From NCBI GenBank assembly GCA_951406725.2, contig OX597815.1, positions 34,348,001-34,412,000 on the forward strand: a stretch of 64,000 nt of DNA, read 5' to 3'. Position numbers and translations under genes: made by a program. The notes beneath the pieces are model-generated. The model was not told the DNA's origin and did not search any database. It worked only from the letters and a program-made list of their open reading frames with translations. This DNA comes from Octopus vulgaris (taxonomy: Eukaryota). The number at the start of each line of letters is the position of its first letter. Within the stretch, counting starts at the first letter, position 1. Below, in pieces: positions 1 to 14,255 of this stretch.

Positions 1-262
1 CTACTAATTGGCAGGGACATAAACACACCAGCATCGGTTGTCAAGCAATGCTAGGGGCACAAACACAGACACACAAATATACACACACACACATATATAT
101 ACATATATACGTCTAGTTTCTTTCAGTTTCCGTCTACCAAATTCACTCACAAGGATTTTGTCGGCTCGAGGCTATACTAGAAGACACTTGCCCAAGGTGC
201 CACGCAGTAGGACTGAACCCGGAACCATGTGGTTAGTAAGCAAGCTACTTGCCACACAGTCA
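1..262 (-). mobile_element. tRNA-derived SINE, family A (CORE-like), partial
   Basis: Reverse complement reads GTGGCAAGTAGCTTGCTTACTAACCACATGGTTCCGGGTTCAGTCC...GCACCTTGGGCAAGTGTCTTCT, matching ~10 other copies in the window. Confidence 0.85.
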
Positions 263-306
<44 letters not shown>

Positions 307-639
307 AGTTTATCCATTTACCTATTTAATTCACACGTACATAAATATATATATACATACGGGGAGAGGGGTGGTGGGAGGAAGAGGAGGAGGAGGAGGA
401 GGAGGAGGAAGAAGAAGAAGAAGAATAAGAAGAAGGAATTTTCTTTTGAAAAAGAACGTAACGATTTGAATGACACTTCTTTATAGTGTTTAGGATATTT
501 TTAGTCACTTGCAGCTTGTTTAGGTTGTAACAGTTGAGTAAAAAATGTTTACACGTTTCTTAAAGTAGCTATTGGGGATTAGCACTTTTTCAAGTTATTT
601 TTATGCCACGCGCACACACATCATTCATTTTTTAAAACT

Positions 640-1130
640 TTTCTTTCTTCTTTCAGTCATTGGGGCACCATCTAGGAAGGGCTTGTAGAACAAATCAACC
701 ACAGTAGATATTTTGAAAGACGGGCATTTATTCTATCGTTCTCTTATGCCTAACCGCAAGGTTATGGGACGTAACTAAACCAACAGCGGTTGTCAAGCGA
801 GGGGAAGGGGACAAACACTACTACACAAACCCACACTCACTCTCACACTTACGCATACAGACACACACACATTCACACGCTCACATGTACAGCCACATAC
901 GCACACATACACACACACACATTCACACGTTCATATGTACAGCCACATATACATACATACACACACACACACAGATACATATAAACGGTCCTCTACACAA
1001 TTTCCCTCTACCAAATTCACTCACAAAACATTGGTCATCCGAAAGCCATAGCATACTTGCCAAAGATGCCCCACAGTGGGACTGAACCCGAAACCACATG
1101 GTTTCAAAGCGACTATCTAGCTACACAGTG
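640..1130 (-). mobile_element. SINE family A, diverged copy
   Basis: Contains TCAGTCATT, CGGTTGTCAAGCGA, CTACCAAATTCACTCACAA and GTGGGACTGAACCCGAAACCACATGG in family A order, with an expanded internal (CA)n. Confidence 0.7.
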
Positions 1131-1216
1131 AAGTTAAGAGCTAAAAAGGTATTCAATTACACATAACTACATCAATTCAAGGTGTACTATATAAGCTGAA
1201 ATCGCAAGAATATATT

Positions 1217-1335
1217 ATTGGGTTGTCCGGAAAGTTCGTGCCGATTTTTAAAGGAAAGGAAAAGTTCAATAAATACTTGCCATTACATTTTAAATCAACC
1301 AAATATGAACCATTTTGTTGCACAATGCGTCTCTA
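1217..1335 (-). mobile_element. mariner 3'-end fragment with one terminal inverted repeat (TIR)
   Basis: TATTGGGTTGTCCGGAAAGTTCGTGCCGATTT resembles a mariner TIR; minus strand encodes RIVQQNG, like a mariner C-terminus. Confidence 0.5.
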
Positions 1336-2574
1336 TCTTGCGTGCGGAAGAAAATTATTTATTCTCCATGAGCAGTAATCTAAAGAAATGAATTTAGAAA
1401 AAGCACTTGGACTCTATTAAAAGATGTATTTCCATTAACATAACTAGTTTCACATCTTCATGAATTTTATAATTTAATGCAGTTTGGAATCATTCACTTC
1501 ATTTAATAGCATGTACAAAAATAGAGAAGAGTAAATTTGTAATTTGGCGCCTTATAACAGCCGTTCCTAATTTCCTAATTTTGATTGGTTATTTAGGCAA
1601 GATATATTATTAACTTAATTAGTGAAAAACTTCTTTACAATTGCTGGTGAATGTATAATTTTCAGTGTTTTTTTAGGCATTATTGTTTTAAAATTGAGTA
1701 GCGAATTTAGAATTTGGTGTGTTGATGAATATTTCTTTAGGATATTTTGTCGTAATTTGATGAGTCTCGGCTTGTATTTTTCAATAAATATATATTTTTT
1801 ATTTTCTATATTTTGTCTGTGGTTTTGTCACATGATATATACAATAAAAAAACATGAGTCCAAGTGCACACGGGTATTTGTCCAATACTGGGATGTCTTA
1901 CTTGTTGAGGTTGAACTATTATTCTAACCCACGGTGAAAAGCAGTTCTATTGTATATAAAACTAAGTGCTTGATTTGTTAGATAACCGTCAATATTTCAA
2001 TATTTCACACATATTTCACAATAACGAAACTAAAATCTTTTCTTCAATGCATCTGGGTTTATTATTCACTTCTCTTACAGATTTTTTTTATCTTAACCAT
2101 GTACTTTCTTTACAAAATTTGAAAAATAAATTTGCAAATAAACATAAAATGGAATGTGTTATTTTGTATTTATTCGACGTTTTGATGTTCCACTCGTATA
2201 TGTATTTCTATGTAGTTTTGAAATTTAAATATGAGGAGAATTATATTTGTGTAGCTAGGAAGATCAGAAAAATTGAGAATAATGTTCTGTTCAAAAGTGT
2301 TATTTATAGTCACAATCAAGCTATGGAAATAGAAATACAATCATAGTCATACAGATATATATATATATATCTCCTTGATTTTAAATTTCAAAACTGTACA
2401 GATGACTACAAATAGTGAAACACACTTGAATTAAGAATATCAGAACATTGAACAAATACTAAATAAATTAACGTATCTTTTCAAGTTTTGTGAAGAATAT
2501 AAATCGGAGGTAAAAAAAACCCATCATCAATCTATAAAAGAAGTGAATAGCGAATCCTGATATATAAAATCTTT

Positions 2575-2782
2575 CCTGATTTTGGAACAAAACCTGCCGT
2601 TTTTAGTGGGAGAGAAATTAATTACATCGACCTCAATGCTCAACTTGTACTTATTTTATCGACTCCGAAATGATGAAAGGCAAAAGGACTTTGGCTAAAT
2701 TTAAACTCAGAACGTAAAGAACAAGAAGAAATGCTACTAAGCATTTTTGTTTGGTCAGTAACGATTCTGCCAGCTCGCCAAC
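2575..2782 (-). mobile_element. SINE family B, diverged copy
   Basis: TACTTATTTTATCGAC..ATGAAAGGCAAA..AACTCAGAACGTA..TAACGATTCTGCCAGCTCGCC matches the reverse complement of family B. Confidence 0.7.
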
Positions 2783-2917
2783 TTATCTGGATGTATCAAA
2801 TAGCCCCACGAACCTTACTAAAACGGAAAAGCGTTGGAGCAACTGAACCGAGTTACACAACCAAGTGCGTACAACATATATTTTGTTTTCCTGCACTAGC
2901 GTTATATTTGCAAGACC

Positions 2918-3306
2918 GTGGAGGCGCAATGGCCCAGTGGTTAGGGCAGCGGACTCGCGGTCATAGGATCGCGGTTTCGATTCCCAGAACGGGCGTTGTG
3001 AGTGTTTATTGAGCGAAAACACCTAAAGCTCCACGAGGCTCCGGCAGCGGATGGTGGGGATCCCTGCTGTACTCTTTCACCACAACTTTCTCTCACTCTT
3101 ACTTCCTGTTTCTGTTGTACCTGTATTTCAAAGGGCCGGCCTTGTCACTCTCTGTGTCACGCTGAATATCCCCGAGAACTACGTTAAGGGTACACGTGTC
3201 TGTGGAGTGCTCAGCCACTTACACGTTAATTCCACGAGCAGGCTGTTCCGTTGATTCGGATCAACCGGAACCCTCGTCGTGTAACCGACGGAGTGCTTCC
3301 ATGTCC
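2918..3306 (+). mobile_element. tRNA-derived SINE, family C, full length
   Basis: A box TGGCCCAGTGG, B box GGTTTCGATTCC; 12-bp TSD ATTTGCAAGACC (2906-2917 / 3307-3318); near-identical to 8761-9144. Confidence 0.92.
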
Positions 3307-5519
3307 ATTTGCAAGACCAAAACAATCGCAAATACATTATTACTGTTCTTTGTTGTTTGGAATGTGTAACCGCTTAACAAAATTTATTTTAATAATTAAT
3401 CATTACTTTATAAACAAAACTGTGCACAATTCCTCAGTGTTTTGCCATGTCTTTCTCAATTGTTGTTATATAATGTTTTCTCACTCTTCTCATGCCTACA
3501 GTAACAATGACGTGGTTGGTCTTTCCGTCAGATATGTAGAAAAACATAATAGAAAATGCTTCATGAGGAACTAATCTAAGTGAGTAAGAATTTCGTGAAC
3601 AGTGCACAACATTCATCTCAGCTTGCATAGAATTGCACAGATTTCTGAATATTCATAAGACTGGTATTTGCCTATGGCTGGTATTCTAATGCAGGATACA
3701 CCTGATTTATCTGGCATCATAGAGAACGACAACACCAAATCAAGCGAGTCAACAGAACATTATCTTCGTGGTTAATCGACTTGATAGGCATAGCAGCCTT
3801 ATATTCTACAAATAGCGTTTAACCATCTTAAAATTAAAAGTATATAGTCCCAAATACATTACATCTGGAGAAAAATGAATGGGATGGTCACACAGTTGAA
3901 ACAAAGAGCAGCGCTATGTCTACTGATGATAACGTCATACAGGACGGCAATTACATACACATGATTTTATAAGGCATGGAGATGGTGAAATACAACATTC
4001 TAAAGATTTCTGTTATTTTTGAGAGTTACGTCTTCGCATGTCAGAAAATTAAGGTTTAGCCATGCACCAGTTCTTAGTGGTCTATTTTCTGTACAACGTT
4101 GAAACCAGGACAACGTACTAGCAAACAGGAACTCCAAATCAATGCATTCTATTGTTGCTATATATGAGCAATCTTTATAAGAATGTATCTGTCTTACCAC
4201 AGATATGACTATGCCTTACTGAATATGTATCATCTGTATTTAGTTGGCCATAAATGTTCCTTAGAACCCTTAATAGTATAGCTAGCTAACATTCACATTA
4301 CGTACATATAAACACTCTGAAACTCAGCTAAAATAAAATTTATTGGAGTGAAATCTCAACGCCTTTTGTATGCTAGCAAAGGGAGACTATCACAATCGAA
4401 AACAATACAACAACCCCCAATAGTTATAATATATTCATAGTATGGACGCGTGAATAAAAACATTAACTACAATCTCACAATTAAACTTGGTGATATCAAT
4501 TATGATAATATCAATTATCATAACCAATACCATCAGCTAATGTTGTTCATGACAGTGTTATTTAGAAATGATTTATCTAGTGAAATCCGAAGTAACTGTG
4601 CAACATGCAACAGAATATATGGGTGAAGGTCCACGTTGTATGGAATTTATGTAAAAAAAATGGTTTCTACACCGTTTCGAAGCAGTATGATGTGAATAGA
4701 CGGCATCACTGAAAGCATCTTTTATAACTGTTTCTTTCACATGCGAGAACTCGAGATTTTACAGATTTTTCACCATCGTAATGCTGAAAGGTGTTTGTGA
4801 ACATGGCAGTGACTATTACATGAATAGCAAAAAAGCCTCAATCATATAAGAACTAAAAGACAATTGTATCTGAGTTATCAGAGCTTGCAAAAATTCTCGA
4901 GTTACAATCTTTACCTTCTAACATACGTCAATACTGATCTGTTCGGAATTTCGACAATGTAATCTAGAGTAGTGTTAACGTTACTGCACTTCTCTTGACA
5001 TTTATGGCTGTCTGGCAATAAAAAAAATACAGTACTGCAATTGTTCTTCGTTTTGCCCGAAACTCACGCTGACGAATATTTCGTATCACAGTGTATATAT
5101 CATATCATGTAATAACACATCATATCAGATCTGCAGTTATAATTTATTGAGTTTTAAATGTTGCATAGGGTCACATAGTCGTAGGCAAAGGGTAGAGTCA
5201 ATTAAAGCGATGTTACTACATTACTGGCACTCGTTTTAACATCTGCGTGAAGATGAAAGGTAAAGCCAACTCTGGCCGGATTTAAACTTTGAATATAAAG
5301 GAACTTAACGAAATATAACGCAAGGCATTTAATCCGGCACTCTAATATTTCTGCCACTCCACTGCTCCTGTGATTATAATCTATTAAAAATAAATCTACT
5401 GATATAAACATTAACACGCCTGTTTTATCTGATGACACGTTGACTTTAATTCAATGACGGAGCGTGGGAATGAGCGTGGGTGTGAGAGTGGGCGTGTGTG
5501 TGGTTTTCGGACGGAGAAG

Positions 5520-6660
5520 ACATGTTGAAATAGAGTGAGAATGAGAGAAAGAAAGATTAAGGGAGAGTAAGGGTGATATAATAAGATAGAAAACGTATTT
5601 GGTTGAATGGAAATTGGAAAGAGAGGTGGGAGAGAGAGAGTGTATGGTTGCAAATTGATGCCGGAGAAAAATAGAGAAAGCCAAAGAGAGATACTAATCA
5701 AGAGAGACTCAAAGAGAAAGAGACGGGGTGCGTATAGATGTATAGATGTGTATGCGCATGTGTACGTGTGTGTGTTTATGCGTGCGCATTCGTGTATGTG
5801 AATTAATGAGGGAGAAAATAGAGAATGAGAAAGCGAGAGATAAATTGATCGAGAGACTAAAAGAGAGAGAGGGGGAGTTGGAGAGAAGAAGAGAGGGAGA
5901 GAGAGATAAGTGATGGGAAAGAGATATGAGAAGATAGAAAAGAGAATTAAGTTGTATGAGGCGAAAACTAAAGAAAGCGGAGGTGGACGGTATAAAGAAG
6001 GGGGAGGTAATCGATATGTGAGGCCAGAAAATGAGGTGGGCAGAAAGTTAATATATATGGATTGAATTGAGGTAAGGAAGAGAAGGTAACTCAGACAGAA
6101 AGGGAGTGGGGATGGAAGTAAAGAGAAAGAGGTGGAGAGAAAAGGAAAGGGAAGAGAGAAAAAAGAACAAGAGCTAGAAATATTGAGAAAGTCTGAAGAA
6201 ACAGAAATATGAACAGAGATACGAGGAGAAATACGAAGGAAGAAAAAGATGAGAAAGATAAAGAGGAGAGGAAAGAGAGGAAGGGAGGAGGTAAGGAAGT
6301 GCAGAAGGGGATTAGAAAGAAGAGGGAAGGGAAATGAAGAAAAATGAGAGGGAAGAGAGACAGAGAGAGAGAAAGATAAAGAGGAGAGGAAAGAGAGGAA
6401 GGGAGGAGGTAAGGAAGTGCAGAAGGGGATTAGAAAGAAGAGGGAAGGGAAATGAAGAAAAATGAGAGGGAATAGAGAGACAGAGAGAGAATAAAGGATG
6501 AGAGAGTGGAAGTAAAAGACGGAATAAAGAGGCGAGGAGAGAAGGAATAGGAGGAGAGGAAGAAGAGGTGAGTGGAAGTGAAGTAGGAGATAGATGAGAC
6601 AAGACAATAACTGAGAATATGTATGGTGTTGTTTTTAATGAGGTGATAAGTGAAGAGACG
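5520..6660. repeat. purine-rich low-complexity tract with an internal ~100-bp tandem duplication
   Basis: GA-rich; AAGATAAAGAGGAGAGG...GAAAAATGAGAGGGAA occurs at ~6255-6353 and ~6372-6472. Confidence 0.8.
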
Positions 6661-6894
6661 GAGACCCAAACATTGAGGTGGTTGATTAGTATGGAGGAGA
6701 AATAATTACTGGATCGAAGGATCAATAGAACGGGAAAGATTAAGGGATCTGCGCGTCGTGTAGTTAGAAATCAACGGATCAATGAAAAGGGAGATTAGAA
6801 GATCAAAGAAGTTAAACGACAACAAATTAGTTACATGATCGACGAAGAGATCAATAATTTTTAAGAGATTCCTTAGATAAGAGATTGGGTGGCA

Positions 6895-7284
6895 TCGTAG
6901 AATACATACATACAGACATCCATACATAAATATATATATTATATATGTGTGAATATCGTAGAATACATACATACAGACATCCATACATAAATATATATAT
7001 TATATATGTGTGAATATCGTAGAATACATACATACATACAGACATCCATACATACAGACATCCATACATACATATATATATTATATATGTGTGAATATCG
7101 TAGAATACATATATACAGACATCCATACATACATATATACAGACATCCATACATGCATATATATATTATATATGTGTGAATATCGTAGAATACATATATA
7201 CAGACATCCATACATACATATATACAGACATCCATACATGCATATATATATATATATATATGTGTGCATATGCATATATATATT

Positions 7285-7349
<65 letters not shown>

Positions 7350-7395
7350 ACATATAGAAATAGAAATGTAAACTGTATATATGCATTATGTGTGT

Positions 7396-7460
<65 letters not shown>
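6895..7460. repeat. minisatellite (~60-85-bp unit) followed by (TA)n/(TG)n
   Basis: ATCGTAGAATACATACATACAGACATCCATAC...TGTGAAT repeated about 5 times. Confidence 0.85.
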
Positions 7461-7464
<4 letters not shown>

Positions 7465-7784
7465 TCAGGTCACTTTGAGTGTTACTCGATGTGTGTAATT
7501 CAAAACAACCAGTTGCATGATCTGTTCGGTGACGGTAAACTGACACTCAACAACGTTAGCTAGAGAGAAAGCGATGCAATAATCCCAGAAGGAGAAAAAA
7601 GAACGCCTGCCAAGATAAAGAATTGATCCAGAATATAGCAAGTGTACAAGGTCGTAGAAATACTCAGGGTAATGAACAAAATCACTGTATTACCATATTG
7701 GGATCACTTTCGCAGCCCCCTGTGAGAATAACTGTGTGGAAGGGAGTACGATCGCGTGCCTTAGCTGCATTTAGACAACCTATT

Positions 7785-7845
7785 TGCCCTGCTCTGCCTA
7801 GCTCTGCCCAGCTCTGCCCAGCTTTGCCCAGCTTTGCCCAGCCTT
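7785..7845. repeat. 10-bp tandem repeat (GCCCAGCTYT)n
   Basis: About 5-6 units visible. Confidence 0.75.
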
Positions 7846-8760
7846 ATCCTACCCTGCTGCCTTGTGAGTGAATCCAGGAAGACAAAGATTAGGGAAGTAT
7901 GCTCTGAGAGAAGAACAAGCTGTGACTGTCAACTTTAAAGACGTTTCCAAGCTGTCTCCAGCAACTTGATAGCAGTACCAGATTTATGGGTCAATATTAC
8001 CGCTGGATCTATTTCTTTCACAGATTAAAACAGAAATGCTAGCAACTGTATTCTCCACTTTAAGTATGTCTCTTCTGTAGTTCAGTTCATGGATTTGGGG
8101 TTTCAGAAGAGATCATTGTTATTGTAATCAAGATGACAGATCACAACATCATTTAAAACGACGGAATATTGCCACTTCTGTAGTTTTCTCGCACTTTAGA
8201 ACATGTGGGACGTGTGATAAAGGTTGTAGCATTGTGCAGTCACTGTTCCTGCTATTCTTTCGGAGCACAGGAGAAGACACTCATCCTCAAATTTGAAGGA
8301 CACATAGACTTCCCCTGGATTCGATCTCGGAACTTTAACTTTGACATATCTTTCGGAACTCTACCTTGGATTACCGCTCGGATTACATTGGATATCTTTT
8401 TCCAGTGTTTACTAATCATCACTTTGTTACTAATTATCACTTTTATTAATAATCAACCCTTTTTCTTTGACTTTTTAAAACTTTTCTCTTCCTGGTACTT
8501 CCTCGTAAGTTCTTTTTCACGATCTTCTTTCCCTACCAACTTTCCCGTTTCTTTATTCTTTATTGCTAATTCACCCCGCTACCACTCTCGCTGTTTTGTT
8601 CTGTGTTTATTTTCCTTCTGATACATGACTAACGTCCGAAACGTTAATGCACTCCCTTCAACCCCTCAATTAATACCATTTTCGGCAAACACTTTTTCCT
8701 TTCTATGTCATTTATGTTTGTTTTTTAACATGTCATTATATGTATGCATATATTTATATA

Positions 8761-9144
8761 GTGGAGGCGCAATGGCCCAGTGGTTAGGGCAGCGGACTCG
8801 CGGTCATAGGATCACGGTTTCGATTCCCAGACCGGGCGTTGTGAGTGTTTATTGAGCGAAAACACCTAAAGCTCCACGAGTCTCCGGCAGGGGATGGTGG
8901 TGATCCCTGCTGTACTCTTTCACCACAACTTTCTCTCACTCTTACTTCCTGTTTCAGTTGTACCTGTATTTCAAAGGGCCGGCCTTGTCACTCTCTGTGT
9001 CACGCTGAATATCCCCGAGAACTACGCTAAGGGTACACGTGTCTGTGGAGTGCTCAGCCACGTACACGTTAATTTCACGAGCAGGCTGTTCCGTTGATTC
9101 GGATCAACCGGAACCCTCGTCGTCGTAACTGACGGAGTGCTTCC
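8761..9144 (+). mobile_element. SINE family C, full length
   Basis: Same sequence as 2918-3306; 11-bp TSD ATATTTATATA (8750-8760 / 9145-9155). Confidence 0.92.
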
Positions 9145-10900
9145 ATATTTATATAAGCATATATGGATATATAAGTTGAAAATATAATTACATATCGACA
9201 TAGTGTTAGTCTTATTGTGCATATAGCTTTTTAGTTCAATCCACAAAGGTCTCTCTGGGAAATAAAGTATTTCATTAGTTTCAGTGGCTTTTACTAGCTC
9301 ATCAAAATGTTTTACTTCATCCAATGTTCAAAAGGCCAACCGTAATTTTTCTTTCTGAAGATCATGGCTAGTTGTCATATCCTCTTTACAGGATTGCGAA
9401 CAAAGCCTAGCTCCTTCGTGCTCAACACACCATACAAGTGTAGAAGATGCAAATCTTGTTCATGTATATACCTGCGTATAAAATCTCACTTCATTAAAGA
9501 GCTGGTCTCCAACCCAGAAACACGGCTCTATTTTTGCATTTTAGACATCAATTTGGTTCACGTGTATGTAAGTATGTATGCATGTTGGTATGCATGCACA
9601 AATGTAAATATGTGAGTTTGTATGCATGTTTGCTTCAATGAATGTATGTATGTATGTATGTATGTATGTATGTATGTATGTATGTATGCAAATATGTATG
9701 TGTATGTATGTATGTATGTATGTATGTATGATGTATGTATGTATGTATGTATTATGCAAATATGTATGCAAGTATACGTTTTCATAGTTCGTGTCCTTAC
9801 ACTTTGTGAAGGCATGATTGTACATATACATATATTTGTATGTGTGTATACTACATGTTAAACTCCTGGAATGTTTTACATAGTTTTAGGGCCTTTGTTA
9901 AGGCTGTTTCAATCGATGCCAAACATTCTGTTCCGTTTCCATTTTCGATAGAGGCAATCAATATCACTTTTGATGTTGGTATTTCTGGTGGTGCATGGTT
10001 TTCGGGTTTTAACACCAATGCGCCAGATCTCATTTAGTATCCAATAGCGCAGCCAAAACGTTAATAAGTATATTAGCATAACAAACACACTGTGAACACA
10101 CTGATATAGCCTATTCAGATGGCTTATATGGCCATATTTTTTTTATCCATGTATAATATTCCCGGGTTACGCGTACATTATTACTATCATAACTACCATC
10201 TAAGGATATATTTTCACTCGCTTCAGGTGCGCATAGTATTCTACATCAACCGTAGGAGTCATTGTCAGCTTATTGATATAAAAGCTACTAGACTAGTTAG
10301 TAACTCCCTCTTGTTTTTGTAATCAGGTAGGAACTTTTTACTTGACAAAACTCTATTTCCTATGATAATGCTGTAGCCAGTTCAAGATTCTTCTTCATAA
10401 CGTTCATATTATTGTTATGAACACTTTCAGGTTGGCATCAAAGCAGCTACGTACCAAGTTTGTATTTCCGACATTTTCTTGACAAATCACATATCCTTCA
10501 ACAAAAAGAATCTTTTGTTCACTGCAATTGTACACAGTAATATACAGAGGCTCTCTCCTTGAACCCTACCCTTGCGGTACATAATCCTATCAATTACAAT
10601 ACAATTATTTCCTGTAGTCAACTTCAGGATGGCGGTCAGGATGAAGGCAGGTTGAATAACGCTGCGGTTGTGCTCTCAGAAAACTTAGCAAAATTCAAGG
10701 GCCTTTCGCATCATCAAATGGGTAAAACAATCTAATGCTTTCTTTAATTCGGGTAAGATGCAACCGAATACCTCCAATGCCACTGCACTTCAGCCACCAC
10801 AGTTCTGATCTTTAGGGAATGGTTCAGTGCATCTTCAGAGTTCCTTCATCGCAGCTGCGGGTTTAGATCTAATGATATTGTTACTGTCACAGTTATTCTT

Positions 10901-11518
10901 TATGTATGTATGTATGTATGTATGTATGTATGTATGTATGTATGTATGTATGTATGTATGTATGTATGTATGTATGTACGTACGTACGTACGTACGTATG
11001 TATGTATGTATGTATGTATGTAAGTATGTATGTATGTATGTATGTATGTATGTATGTATGTATGTATGTATGTATGTATTTCACTACTGCCCACAAGGGG
11101 CTAAACACAGAGGGGACAAACGGATTATGTCGATTACATCGACCCCAGGGCGTAACTGGTACTTAATTTATCGACCCCGAAAGGATGAAAGGCAAAGTCG
11201 ACCTCGGCGGAATTTGAACTCAGAACGTAACAGCAGACGAAATACGGCTACGCATTTCGCCCGGCGTGCTAACGAGTCTGCCAGCCGTATGTATGTATGT
11301 ATGTATGTATGTATGTATGTATGTATGTATGTATGTATGTATGTATGTATGTATGTATGTATGTATGCATGCATGCACGTATGTATGTATATATCATATA
11401 CGTATGTTTGTATGTATTTATGTATGTATGTATGTAATATGTATGCATGTATGTATGTATGTATGTATGTATGTATGTATGTATGTATGTATGTATGTAT
11501 GTATGTATGTATATATGT
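10901..11518. repeat. (TATG)n microsatellite interrupted by a SINE
   Basis: Long TATG arrays on both sides of 11078-11287. Confidence 0.95.
11078..11287 (-). mobile_element. SINE family B (tRNA head; central GCCTTTCATCCTTTCGGGGTCGATAAA block resembling the Meta-SINE domain)
   Basis: Reverse complement of CTGGCAGA..GTTAGCACGCCGGGCGAAATGC..GTTCAAATTCCGCCGAGGTCGACTTTGCCTTTCATCC; domain name from memory. Confidence 0.88.
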
Positions 11519-11779
11519 AGAGAGTTCTAACAGGTCGCTAAGAAAGTGACGAGATTTTTTGAATTTAGAGAGTTTCCAGTGTTGTTCATATGTGACTGAG
11601 TGGGTTGGTTGAACTGTCGATGCACATACATATGTGTGTGCACCTATTCATCGAAAGAATCCCTGATGGAGAATTTTGGAATTTCTTACAAATCTCCACT
11701 GTGTCACTCTTAGATTAGATTTGAAGAATGTGTGGCAAATTCTTTTCTTCCTTCGAAAAACCTAGTATTTCTATTTTTT

Positions 11780-12400
11780 GTGCGTGTGCGCGCACATGTG
11801 TTTGTGTGTGTGTGTCTGTGTTTGTCCCCCACCATCGCTTGACAACTGATGCTGGTGTGTTTACGTCTCCGAAACTTAATGGTTCGGCAAAAGTGACCGA
11901 TAGAATAAGTATTAGGCTTACAAAGAATAAATCCTGAAGTCGGTTTGTTCGACTAAAGGTGGTACCCCAGCATGGTCGCGCGTGTGCGTGTGCGCGCATG
12001 TGTGTCTGTGTTTGTCCCCCACTATCGCTTGACAACTGATGCTGGTGTGTTTACGTCTCCGAAACTTAATGGTTCGGCAAAAGTAACCGATAGAATAAGT
12101 ATTAGGCTTACAAAGAATAAATCCTGAAGTCGGTTTGTTCGACTAAAGGTGGTGCCCCAGCATGGTCGCGCGTGTGCGTGTGCGTGTGCGCGCATGAGTG
12201 TCTGTGTTTGTCCCCCACCATCGCTTGACAACTGATGCTGGTGTGTTTACGAACCCGAAACTTAACGGTTCAGCAAAGTGACCGATAGAATAAGTACTAG
12301 GCTTACAAAGAATAAATCCTGGTGTCAATTTGCTTGGCTAAAAGTGGAGCTCCAGCATGGCCACAGTCAAATGACTGAAACAAGTAAAGGAATAAAAGAA
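11780..12400 (+). repeat. tandem triplication (~190-200-bp unit) of the 3' half of SINE family A
   Basis: TGTCCCCC..ATCGCTTGACAACTGATGCTGGTGTGTTTACG..CCAGCATGG occurs three times; only the last unit has the CAGTCAAATGACTGAAAC tail. Confidence 0.9.
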
Positions 12401-12949
12401 CAAACGAATATCTACATTCTTCTATTCCCTTCTAGATGTGCGAACGTACATATGTAGTATGTGCGTATGTGTCTCTGTTTTTAGATGTACTTGTCTGGCA
12501 AATGCTCTGATCTGACACCCGTGCTGAAACTAAAACAATTACAACGTGGTCGACAAATATAAGCCATTCAAAAACACATCAAACCTGTTAACTTCATTTC
12601 AAAAAACAGTTCCACTGCTGGGAAACCTTATCGGTGACCGGATCGCAGTTGGTGACGAATATTTTGACCGCAAGTAATAAATGAAGTTTAAGTGAAGTTA
12701 CCAAATTATGTTTTGTGTCTGAGTTTTTGAATAGCTAGCATGTGTCTTCCACACCGCAATTGTCTCTGTTTTTTAATTGTGTGAATTCTTGCCATAAATA
12801 CGAAGATTGTCTCTGACTAAAAACTTAATCTCCAGCATAGAAATTTAGACAATAAGGTTATCTACTAACCTATCCGTTCAGCTAGCTATGAATATATACG
12901 TGTGTGTGTATGAGTGTGTGTGAGTGTGTGTGTGTGTCTGTGTGTATGC

Positions 12950-13355
12950 GTAGGTGTGGCTGTGTGGTAAGTAGTTTGCGTCTCAACCACATAGTTCCGG
13001 ATTCAGTCATACTGCGTGTCACCTTGGGCAAGTGTCTTCTTCTGTAGTATCCTGCCGACCAAATCCATATAAATGAATTTGGTAGACGGAAACTGAAAGA
13101 AGCTTGCATATACATACACACACACACATTTGTGTGTGTGTATGTATGCATTTGCGTCTATTTGTCCATCCCTCATCGCTTGACAACCGATGTTGGTGTG
13201 TTCAAGTCCCCGTAACTTAGCGGTTCGGCATAAGAAACCGTTAGAATAAGTACAAGGTTTACAAAGAATAAGTCTTGGAGTTGATTTCTTCGACTAAAGG
13301 TGATGACCCAGCATGACTGCAGTAAAATGACTGCAACAAGTAAAAGAATAAAAGA

Positions 13356-13357
<2 letters not shown>
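12950..13357 (+). mobile_element. SINE family A, full length
   Basis: Head GTGGCTGTGTGGTAAGTAG, CACCTTGGGCAAGTGTCTTCT, tail ATGACTGCAACAAGTAAAAGAATAAAAG. Confidence 0.88.
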
Positions 13358-13423
<66 letters not shown>

Positions 13424-13484
13424 ATGTTAGTGTGTGAGTGCACGCTTGCGTGCTCGTGTGTGGATATATACATATGTGCATATA

Positions 13485-13870
13485 GCGCAGGGGTGGCTCT
13501 GTGGTAAGAGGTTCGCTTTCCAACTATATGGTCCCAGGTTCAGTCCGATTGGGTGGCACATTAGGCAAGTGTTTTCTAGTATAGCTCCATGCCGAGGAAA
13601 GCCTTGTGAGTAGATTTAGTAGACGGAAACTGAGAGAAGCCCATCGTATGTGTGTCTGTCTCAGTGTGTTTGTATTTGTCCACTACCACTGCTTGACAAC
13701 CGCTGTTGGCATGTTTACGTTCTCCTAAATTAGCGATTCAGTAAAAGACATCGATAGAATAAGTACCAGGCTTTAAGTACTAGAGTTGATTTATTTGACT
13801 AAAATTCTTCAAGACGGTGATCCAGCATGGCCGCAATCTAAAGACTGACACAAGTAAAGGAAAAGAAAAA
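13485..13870 (+). mobile_element. SINE family A, diverged full-length copy
   Basis: Same head, body and tail motifs with more substitutions. Confidence 0.8.
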
Positions 13871-14148
13871 GATATATATGTACATATCTTTGCGTTACAC
13901 ATACATACACAACACAAACTTATGTATAGGTGCGTATGTATATGCATATACATACTCATATATTTATATATGTATATTTGTGTGCAGATTTGGAGATACC
14001 GTTACGAGGAATAGGCCTCAATATGTCGAGTATATATATTTCTTTATTTTGTGTATGGCACTTGTCTAAGTTTGGTAAGTTCGTTGCACGAAACTCTAGG
14101 GTCTTCTATCACTCATATATCTTTACTGCTAAAGTATAAATACCCACA

Positions 14149-14255
<107 letters not shown>

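Noticed and set aside
2918-2996. tRNA-like sequence
   Set aside because: SINE head: continues into a SINE body with TSDs and lacks a proper acceptor stem.
5411-6607. 398-aa ORF on the minus strand
   Set aside because: L/S/F/P-rich translation of a pyrimidine-rich tract that lacks stops by composition.
6895-7250. Regularly spaced repeats resembling a CRISPR array
   Set aside because: Intervening sequences are themselves repeated; eukaryotic minisatellite with no cas genes.
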